From contig CDRNVI010000023.1 in the NCBI GenBank assembly GCA_977017575.1, positions 186,001 to 250,000 on the forward strand: a stretch of DNA of 64,000 bases, in the 5' to 3' direction. The number at the start of each line of letters is the position of its first letter. The stretch's first letter is position 1. The translations under genes were made by a program, and so were the position numbers. The notes under the pieces are model-generated. The model worked only from the letters and a program-made list of their open reading frames with translations, was not told the origin of the DNA and made no database searches. This DNA comes from Paramoeba atlantica (taxonomy: Eukaryota > Protista > Discosea). This document shows, one piece after another, positions 55,992-64,000 of the stretch.

Positions 55992-58781
55992 ATGCGACGC
56001 CTCCCTTGCTCCGCGGCACGCACCCTCTCCCGATCCCGTTTCCTCGGGACCCGCACTTCTTCCGCTTCTTCTCCCTTCCCCTCTGCCTCCCTCTCCGCTC
56101 AACCCCTCACGATGAGCTCCGAGTCTTCTGCTTCTGCTTCTTCTCCTTTATGTGTCACCTCTGCTCGGTTTCATTCTACCACGAGTACTACAACAACAAC
56201 AAACGTAGACGCAACCCCCACGAACAGCTCCAAGACCAAGAAGGTAGAAAATACAAAAACTCAAGAAACTCAAAACGATCAAGAAGAAAACAAAACAACC
56301 AATGAAAGGGAAGACAAAATGAAAACTGAAAATGCGAATGAATCCGTGACCGATAAAACGGGAACCCCAAACACAACAACTTTGGGTGACACCGAAAGCG
56401 AGACCTTACCGAATCCGGAGTTTACGAATGAGAGCGTCGTGGAGCCGTTTGAGGATTCCGATGGGTTTGCGGAGTCCAATGCGAAGGCTTCTGAAGATAC
56501 GGACAAAGCCTCGGAGCTGGATCTGAGTGCGTTGCGCGAGACTGAGGTGGTCACGGGGAGTGCGGAGGAGATGACGTTTAAGGCGGAGACCCGGCAGTTG
56601 TTGGATATCGTCGCCTGCAGTCTGTACTCCGACAAGGAGGTATTTGTGCGGGAGCTGATCAGTAATGCCTCGGATGCGCTGGAGAAACGACGACACTTGG
56701 AGCTGAGTGAGCCGGAGAACTATGCCCGGGAGGATACGGATGAGACCCCGGGGGTGGCGATTTATGCGAAACAGGCGAAAAACCAGTTTGTGATTGTTGA
56801 CACCGGGGTGGGGATGGGTAAGGAGGAGTTGGTGAATTGTCTCGGCACGATTTGCAGCTCCGGATCTCGGGCGTTTCTCAACCAGCTAAAGGAGAAAGGA
56901 GAGAGCACGAAGACCATGGAGAGTATTATTGGACAGTTCGGGGTCGGGTTCTATGCCGCCTTTATGGTTGCAAAGAACATTAAAGTGTACTCCCGGAGTG
57001 CGGCAAAAGGCTCGAAAGGGTATTTGTGGGAATCTGATGGTCACGGGTCTTATCGTATCACGGAATGCGAGGGTGTCGCTAAAGGGACCAAGATTGTGCT
57101 TGAGATGAAGGACACCGAACTCGCGTTCTGCACCCCAACGGTCGTGGAGCGTATCATTAAAAAGTACTCCAACTTTATCTCATTTGACATCACATTGAAC
57201 GGAAACCGTATCAACACGGTCAAAGCGCTTTGGATGAAAAACAAGAGTGAAGTAAGTGAGGAGGAGCACAACGACTTTTACAAGTTTGTGAGCGGAGCTT
57301 ATGACACTCCTCTGTTTAAGCTACATTACTCCATTGATGCCCCGTTAATGATTCACTCCTTACTTTATGTCCCACAGACCCATGCGGAGAAATTTGGCGG
57401 TGGGCGTCAAGAGTGTGCGGTGAATTTGTACTGTCGCAAAGTGTTAATCCAAAGTAAGGCGAAGAATGTGATCCCCGAGTGGTTACGGTTTCTGAAGGGT
57501 GTCGTCGACTGCGAGGACCTGCCGTTGAACATTAGCCGCGAGCACACCCAAGACAGTGCGTTAATTCGCAAGCTCAGCGCTGTGATCACCAAACGTGTAC
57601 TGAAATGGCTGGACGAGGAGAGCCGTCGGGACGCGACCCAATACGAAAAGTTTATCAAAGAATTTGGGTTCTTCTTAAAGGAAGGAGTGTGCACCGACAC
57701 GGTCAACAAAATGGAGATTGCGAAACTGCTGCGCTTTGAGAGCAGCCATGGGGATACCCCCGGGGTGTTGTCGAGTTTGGACCAGTACATTGATCGTATG
57801 CCCGCGAACCAGACCCATGTCTACTACCTCACCGTGCCCTCGCGGGATACCGCAATGGTCAGCCCGTATTACGAGCAGTACAAACTCCATAACCTGGAGG
57901 TCCTAATTCTCACGGAGCACATTGACGAGTTTGTTGTGCAGCACCTGGACAGCTACCGGAAGTATAAAATGCAAAACATTGAGACGTTTGATGCCAATCT
58001 CGATGGCGCCGTGCAGGCCAAGAAGAAGATTGACGGGGATAAGGCAGAGACGAACGTCCAGCCCGAGCTCTCGGAGACCCAATGCAGCGCTCTGGCGGAT
58101 TTCTTCACGAAGCGCCTGCTGGGGAAAGTGGGCATGGTAAAGGCCACGCACCGCCTCTCGAGCAGCCCGATTGTTCTTGTCGATCACGAGAACGCGCAGA
58201 TTCGTAAGATGATGAAACTGATGGGAAAGCAGGACGCCCCGAACTTGAAGTACAACATCCATTTTAACCCGAAGCACAGTTTAATCCGGAAGCTCTACAC
58301 GCTGACACAGAGCACTGGAAGTTCGGACATAGAGCTGGCTGGACTTCTGGCCGAGCAGCTGTTTGACAATGCGCTAATCTCCGCCGGGCTATGTGATGAC
58401 CCACGAACCATTGTGCAGCGGTTAAATGCTATGATGTCGAAAATGGTCGAAAAAGTCGCAGAGCCCTCGGAGGTTTCGCAGCAAGAAGAAGTTCGCGGCG
58501 AAACCGGGGCAAAGGAAACGAATGACGAAAAAGATCTTGAGAAAGAAACCGCTGCAGCAAAAAATGTAGGAAAGGAAGCCTCGGAGGTTTCGCAACAAGA
58601 AGAAGTTCGCGGCGAAACCGAGGCAAAAGAAACCCAAAACGAAAAAGATCTTGGGAAAGCAACCGCTGAGGCAAAAAATGCAGGAAAGGATGCAGCAGAG
58701 AAAAAACAGGCAGGTGGAAAGTCAACAACGTCAGAAAAGAAAGGGGCAAAGGGTCGAGGGCAAAAAGGAAAGAAGGAATAA
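55992..58781 (+). CDS. TRAP1: Mitochondrial HSP90 (TRAP1/HSP75)
   Basis: Arg/Ser-rich presequence MRRLPCSAARTLSRSRFL; FKAETRQLLDIVACSLYSDKEVFVRELISNASDALEK; IIGQFGVGFY; intronless; start set at first ATG after pyrimidine tract. Confidence 0.95.
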   Translation: MRRLPCSAARTLSRSRFLGTRTSSASSPFPSASLSAQPLTMSSESSASASSPLCVTSARFHSTTSTTTTTNVDATPTNSSKTKKVENTKTQETQNDQEENKTTNEREDKMKTENANESVTDKTGTPNTTTLGDTESETLPNPEFTNESVVEPFEDSDGFAESNAKASEDTDKASELDLSALRETEVVTGSAEEMTFKAETRQLLDIVACSLYSDKEVFVRELISNASDALEKRRHLELSEPENYAREDTDETPGVAIYAKQAKNQFVIVDTGVGMGKEELVNCLGTICSSGSRAFLNQLKEKGESTKTMESIIGQFGVGFYAAFMVAKNIKVYSRSAAKGSKGYLWESDGHGSYRITECEGVAKGTKIVLEMKDTELAFCTPTVVERIIKKYSNFISFDITLNGNRINTVKALWMKNKSEVSEEEHNDFYKFVSGAYDTPLFKLHYSIDAPLMIHSLLYVPQTHAEKFGGGRQECAVNLYCRKVLIQSKAKNVIPEWLRFLKGVVDCEDLPLNISREHTQDSALIRKLSAVITKRVLKWLDEESRRDATQYEKFIKEFGFFLKEGVCTDTVNKMEIAKLLRFESSHGDTPGVLSSLDQYIDRMPANQTHVYYLTVPSRDTAMVSPYYEQYKLHNLEVLILTEHIDEFVVQHLDSYRKYKMQNIETFDANLDGAVQAKKKIDGDKAETNVQPELSETQCSALADFFTKRLLGKVGMVKATHRLSSSPIVLVDHENAQIRKMMKLMGKQDAPNLKYNIHFNPKHSLIRKLYTLTQSTGSSDIELAGLLAEQLFDNALISAGLCDDPRTIVQRLNAMMSKMVEKVAEPSEVSQQEEVRGETGAKETNDEKDLEKETAAAKNVGKEASEVSQQEEVRGETEAKETQNEKDLGKATAEAKNAGKDAAEKKQAGGKSTTSEKKGAKGRGQKGKKE

Positions 58782-59277
58782 AAAAATGCAAGTTTTGATC
58801 CAATAGATGTCGTATAATTTTAATACCCTGACCAGTGATTGCTACTGTCTCAGTTGCTGAGCGGTTAAAGTGTGCTTAACCTTGAATTTTTTGCTTTTGC
58901 TATTTTTCAAATACACCTCGAATTGACATGAATGGATTAAGGCTTCGGAAAAGAAACATAGAAGTATTTATATTATTTGAATAAACTATAGGCGCAACCC
59001 GTAGTGAATACAAATTAAAGACCATTAGGTAACGTTCGAAATGTTTTCTATTCACCGAAATATTCTTTTTTTCCTATTCATTTGCTAAATTTTATTGGAA
59101 AATTGAAATTTCACAGCGTTGTGTTTCTTTCGTTTGCAATTTTTTCATTCATTCAGCTTTAATTTCTACGTGTTTGTTGCTCACTTGCGGGTCTGACGAG
59201 TGGGTGAGAATTTGATGTCTGCCCATTCTATATTTCTTAAATTTTTTGAAGCAATTTATTGGCTTTACTCTATTCAC

Positions 59278-59997
59278 ATGCCACACATACCCGCCCAGGT
59301 ACGTCTAGGGGTAAACGACGCAGACACCATTGCTCTACGTGAGCGTTCTATTCTAAGCTCTCGAAGCCTCAACCAGCGTGCGATGCAGCTGAAGAAACGC
59401 AAAGCCAGCGATGTGTTTTCCGAGTCCTTCGCCACGGATTCACTTTCTAGAATACTTCCCTGTGGAAGTTCGCGTGCTCTCGCAATAGAACGGGAGGTTG
59501 CAAGGATTGAGGATAAAAGTTCAACATCACAAAAAGGAAATACATCATATAAGGAAACAAGCAACGTAGAATCGAACACGAGACGAACGAAGCTACTCGA
59601 TCTTGATGAAAAGAACAATGAGAAGACAACGCTATCATTGAATGAAAATAGTTTGTCCGTAGACTCTGCAGAGGACGTCGACTCAGAAGAGGAACTGGAA
59701 AGGGAGCTTGAGAAACTTCGTTCGACGAAACAGTTAGTCAATCGCAATGCCGAAACATCCTTTTCAAGAAACAAAGAGGGGGCATCAATGCATGCCATAG
59801 AGTCAGGGGAACAGTCAGACCTTCTTTGGATGGAAGATGGTTTGGAAATTATTTCAGAAGAGGACGTCGACTCGGAATCCAATAATTCCGACACTCTTAC
59901 GAGTACTTCGATTCGCACCGCTGCTAAAACATTGAATCCGCTGGCACAATGGGAGCGCACAAAAAGCGAGTCATTTTTGTCACGTCACTTTAAATAA
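59278..59997 (+). CDS. CWC15: Probable spliceosome-associated Cwc15/Cwf15 homolog
   Basis: 239 aa; SSRSL...LKKRK near N-terminus, DSEEELERELEKLR coil, W-x-E/D-D and a C-terminal FLSRHFK echo the Cwc15 layout; divergent. Confidence 0.5.
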   Translation: MPHIPAQVRLGVNDADTIALRERSILSSRSLNQRAMQLKKRKASDVFSESFATDSLSRILPCGSSRALAIEREVARIEDKSSTSQKGNTSYKETSNVESNTRRTKLLDLDEKNNEKTTLSLNENSLSVDSAEDVDSEEELERELEKLRSTKQLVNRNAETSFSRNKEGASMHAIESGEQSDLLWMEDGLEIISEEDVDSESNNSDTLTSTSIRTAAKTLNPLAQWERTKSESFLSRHFK

Positions 59998-60425
59998 TCT
60001 CTATTTTGGTTTTTCTTTCGGTGCGGGTCATTAGCCAAGGGACCACATCGGTCCACGAGTGTGCTTATAAAGATTTGTTCAATTTGCCGAGAACGGATGG
60101 TCTCTGCGATGACTTTTGCTCAGGTTGAACCCCTCTGGCAGGTCGGTTTTTGCCCCTCCCTCCTTTTTCGGCTTCGAAAAACAGGTTTCATCTTTTGGAA
60201 TTGATTGACACAGTACCTTATGCGGCCGCAGTGCTCACTTCATGAACAGTAGCAGCAATGCGCTCCAACTTTTTCGTTAATTCGGTGACAGTACGAGTGC
60301 TTAACACTGATGCTAGAGCCAACTGCTCGTAATCATTTCCGTTTGCCATCCTTCGACTTGTATCGATATCGTCAAATTTAATCTAAACTTAGTTTACCTA
60401 TAAAACTCAATATGCACTTTTTATA

Positions 60426-60485
60426 GGGAACGCCCAGATTGTAAAAGCGGCGATGCAAGACTGGTACCGCCGGGGCATGCGCTAA
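60426..60485 (+). mobile_element. 3' tip of a CRE-clade element
   Basis: GNAQIVKAAMQDWYRRGMR* vs GNAQIVQAALQDWYRRGVTG* at 35425-35487. Confidence 0.8.
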
Positions 60486-60572
60486 CTGGGCTGGGTGGGA
60501 GAGGACAAACTTTTTTACACTTCAAATTTCCTTCACAGCCGAATATCTACATAGCTTTACAAGAGAACACTC

Positions 60573-61424
60573 ATGATTTTGCACTTTACGGTTTTCCTTG
60601 TTCACGCAGCCGATGATTCGAATGCAATTATTACACAGCGAACCCTTCCGGGTAAGGTACGAGGTTCCCATTTACCACAGGAATACGAACTTTCACGTTT
60701 CATTGCCGATGTAGATAATACGGACCTTTCCTGGAACACATCGACACCTGCGTGTGAGTGGGAGGGCGTAATTTGCAATGAGCATCTAAAAGTTACAAGA
60801 ATTTGTTGGGGCGATAAGGGTCTTACTGGAATGCTTCAATGGGAATACCTCTCTCCTACGCTACATCACTGCCGCATTTGGCGGAACAAGCTTACCGGAA
60901 ACGTAACCCTTAATGTGCTGCCCTCCCAACTTGTTCAATTACGTGCATCCCACAATGCTTTCAAAGGTTCGTTGGATTTTATTCACATGCCACATACATT
61001 GGAATGGCTTACTCTGCATGGCAATCAGTTTACGGGCAGTGTAGATTTGACCCAATTGCCTCCACGTTTAACACATTTCTTCTTGCGTAACAACAATTTT
61101 TCTGGAAGCATTGACTTTACCCGTTGGCCGTCAAATCTTAATCACATCAGTTTATCAAATAATTTTTTTACTGGGCCTCTTGAATTACAACATTTACCTT
61201 CATCCCTCCAAATCCTCGAATGCGACAACAATCTTTTTTCTGGTTTGGTGATGTTTGAAAATCTTCCTGACCGACTTCGAGTTCTTTCTTTGAAAAACAA
61301 TGCTGAACTGAACGGCGCAGTTGACTTGTCCAAACTTCCCGTACGAGTGGAACAGATTCATATCAATGGCACCCAGGTGGTAAAAATAGAAAAGCGAAAG
61401 AAGAACCATGAATCACAAAGTTAA
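60573..61424 (+). CDS. LRR family protein
   Basis: LPQEYEL...SWNTSTPACEWEGVIC and about seven LRRs. Confidence 0.92.
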   Translation: MILHFTVFLVHAADDSNAIITQRTLPGKVRGSHLPQEYELSRFIADVDNTDLSWNTSTPACEWEGVICNEHLKVTRICWGDKGLTGMLQWEYLSPTLHHCRIWRNKLTGNVTLNVLPSQLVQLRASHNAFKGSLDFIHMPHTLEWLTLHGNQFTGSVDLTQLPPRLTHFFLRNNNFSGSIDFTRWPSNLNHISLSNNFFTGPLELQHLPSSLQILECDNNLFSGLVMFENLPDRLRVLSLKNNAELNGAVDLSKLPVRVEQIHINGTQVVKIEKRKKNHESQS

Positions 61425-62073
61425 AAGTTCGTGACAAAATTAGTATCATTACATGCGTAAAAGAGAGAAATTCAAATTTTTCAAGTGTACTTAAATTTAA
61501 GGTGAATTCAAAAAGGCTATATTGCGTTATTTAGCAAAGACACTATTTTCTCGCTATGTACTGCAAGCAAACGCGACTTTTTTGTAGCGTCATTTTAAAT
61601 AATCTCTATTTTGTGCTTCCCTTTTACTGTCGGAAGCATTGCAGAAGGATCGCTTGAGTAGAGGGTATTCTCTGAATAAAAAGTTCACGCACACTTTTTC
61701 GTAGATTCTGGACGACATTGTAATAAACCTCGAAAGTGCAGATGAACTTTTTTTGAAACGTACATTTGTTTCTGTAGTCAATTACTTTTGCTTCTCGTAG
61801 TCTACTCCTTCCTCGTCGAACCATGAAGTGGCAATAACCTAAAAAGTTAAAAGTGTAACTAAACGTATCTAAATAGCATGTAATGAGCTAACAAACGGAA
61901 AACAAAATGGAAAATTTTTATAGAAAACGGTGCCACTTTGCCTGCACCCCTAAGATTCATCAAACATTGCACTTTTATACGATTTTAGAGAAATATTTGC
62001 GCATGCTTCAAGAGGAGTGCAGTTAGCATACGTGAAATTGATATGCACACGTTTTCAGCGCAGTTCTTTCATA

Positions 62074-62115
62074 CAGGGGGTTTTGACCCCCCCCATATTT
62101 TCGTGCCACCCCCTG
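62074..62115. mobile_element. 42 bp Tc1-like mini-remnant
   Basis: TA-CAGGGGG...CCCCCTG-TA containing the right TIR of the 4299-5026 family. Confidence 0.6.
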
Positions 62116-62228
62116 TATCTCCTTCCATATCAATTTTATGTAAGTTAGTGCAAGTGGAATACCCTTGAAAGGAGATCACAACATTTTTGTGAAAAAAATC
62201 AATTCAAATTTATTCCACTTCTTATTTA

Positions 62229-63143
62229 TTGAATGACAGTATTTTTCATTGCTTTACCTATTGCACATCCCCTATTGTTCCACTACATAATACTTTGGGA
62301 CTATCAATGATTTTATTCGGACTATTGTCGGATGCGGAAACGCGGATGTCAAAGAGGCGCAAAATAAGTAACCAGAAAGAATTTTCTGTCGAGGAATTAC
62401 CCGCAGCATCTCTTCCGAAGGCTAATCCAACATCAGCGTCACGCGTTACGCGGAGGGGGAAAATCAGTTGCATCACATTGCCTCAAGAATATGCGTTAGA
62501 AAAATTGGTACTCGGACTAATTACCAAGCCAGAACAGTGGACCGCTGCGACACCTGCTTGTGAGTGGACTGGAATTAAATGCGATGAGAGTGGAAACATT
62601 GAAGAGATCCGCTGGGCTTGGAAAGCTCTAAAAGGCTCGTTTGACTTTGAACATATCCCTGCGACCGTCGTAAGATTTGTCGCACGTAGCAGCGGCATCT
62701 CGGGAAATGTAAATTTAGAAAATCTTCCTACCGGAAGTTGCCTTCATACGTTAAGACTCGACAACAATGCTCTTAATGGCTCATTAGCTTTGACATCTCT
62801 CCCTCAAAGTATAGTGGCGGTCGATTTGTCTCACAACTTTTTAACAGGTTGTATAAGTCTCGTTAATTTGCCCCCTAATTTATCAGAACTGAAACTTTCC
62901 TTTAATGACTTTTCAGGACGTTTGACATTGACTGAACTTCCCGCAAATATTGATTCACTTCACTTAAATAACAATAACTTCGAAGGAAGCGTAGATTTGC
63001 ATAATCTCCCACCTCGCATAGGATATCTCCGTTTGCAGGACAACAAACTACTGAGCGGAAAAGTGAGAGTGGCAAAGCTTCCCGTAGTGCTGCTTGACTG
63101 TCTTGCAGGATTATGGTTGGGCACGAAAATATCCCTTGAGTGA
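62229..63143 (+). CDS. LRR family protein (first ATG 62307)
   Basis: LPQEYAL...QWTAATPACEWTGIKC and about six LRRs. Confidence 0.92.
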   Translation: MNDSIFHCFTYCTSPIVPLHNTLGLSMILFGLLSDAETRMSKRRKISNQKEFSVEELPAASLPKANPTSASRVTRRGKISCITLPQEYALEKLVLGLITKPEQWTAATPACEWTGIKCDESGNIEEIRWAWKALKGSFDFEHIPATVVRFVARSSGISGNVNLENLPTGSCLHTLRLDNNALNGSLALTSLPQSIVAVDLSHNFLTGCISLVNLPPNLSELKLSFNDFSGRLTLTELPANIDSLHLNNNNFEGSVDLHNLPPRIGYLRLQDNKLLSGKVRVAKLPVVLLDCLAGLWLGTKISLE

Positions 63144-63166
63144 AGAGAGTGATTTCATTTGCCATA

Positions 63167-63601
63167 CAGGGGGGCACGAAAACTGTTGCACCTGCCATTT
63201 TTGGCTCGTGTGGCCGTTTTGGCTAACTTTTGTTGCATTTTGCAGATCTCAATGTTAATATCATGTTGAAACCACTCTGAATACAAGAGTAAACGGGGCA
63301 GGGTGGTTTTACGGACTCCGAAAACAAGGATTTTAAAGTTTTTGCAAATTTTTTTGGCTATCAAAAAATATCATATTCAACGTTCAGTAGTCAATGGAGC
63401 CACCATTTTTGGCTCGCAGCTCTTGTAATCGAGTTCGGAGGCTCATTACTAATTACCAGCCCTCGTTCAATAGATCATCCTTCGGCTTAACAATGGCGAT
63501 CTTTAGCTCAGACCGATTTTTGGGACGAAGGTGCACGTGGATGTAATCATCGATGATTTCCCACAAAATAGCAGGTGTAGCAGTTTTCATGCCCCCCCCT
63601 G
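63167..63601. mobile_element. Tc1-like MITE related to 11406-12978
   Basis: TA-CAGGGGGGCACGAAAACTG / CAGTTTTCATGCCCCCCCTG-TA. Confidence 0.85.
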
Positions 63602-64000
63602 TATACTACTGTAGGAATCTATACTCATTTTTTTCACTTTTTACCCCCCTTTAATTATTATTATTCTTAATTTGCCAACTTTGACCATGCCCACCCAGGA
63701 CCCAGAGGGGGTGATAGGCAAACAAAGCGCAGGAAACGCTCTAGTTTTTCGAGATCTGTTGAATGCCGAAGGAATTAGATCAAAAGCTCTTGCGGTGTGC
63801 TCTGTAGCCCGGAGGGAAACCAATTCCTGGACTGTATTTTACATTTACATTGGGCTGCGTATGTGCTTTTTTGGTGAAAATAGATATTTTCTCCATAAAT
63901 ACTGCAGAGGTGTGTTAGCATGTAGCGATCTTTTTTTTTTTTTAAATTGAAAATTAATAGATCTTTTTAAAAAATAAAAAGGTGCATAGATAAAAAATGC

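Noticed and set aside
1-64000. tRNA or rRNA genes
   Set aside because: No cloverleaf or conserved rRNA segments were recognised by eye; a tRNAscan-SE or Infernal run would be needed to exclude them.

Overview
This is a eukaryotic, intronless, transposon-saturated window. It most likely comes from a kinetoplastid or other euglenozoan. That is an inference from the spliced-leader (SL)-like core GATACAGTTTCTGTAC, pyrimidine tracts before genes, and all confidently called host genes lying on one strand. Host genes are ten LRR-family genes or pseudogenes (three near-identical), a Dpb4/POLE3-like histone-fold plus HMG-box protein, mitochondrial HSP90 (TRAP1), a probable CWC15 and one or two orphan GC-rich ORFs. 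Most of the rest is Tc1/IS630-like, pogo-like, hAT-like and Merlin-like DNA transposons, many MITEs, and non-LTR retroelements (one near-complete RLE-type element and three CRE-clade fragments). The most striking signal is an SL-headed retroelement system. A family of structured non-coding SINE-like elements and the autonomous RLE-type element all begin with the 3' part of an SL exon, and three of them are stacked at a single codon of an LRR gene (14678-20489). Also notable are a pogo transposase fused to a Ulp1-like protease and a second transposase with OTU-like and Myb-like domains. All family assignments are from motif recognition by eye; no searches were run.
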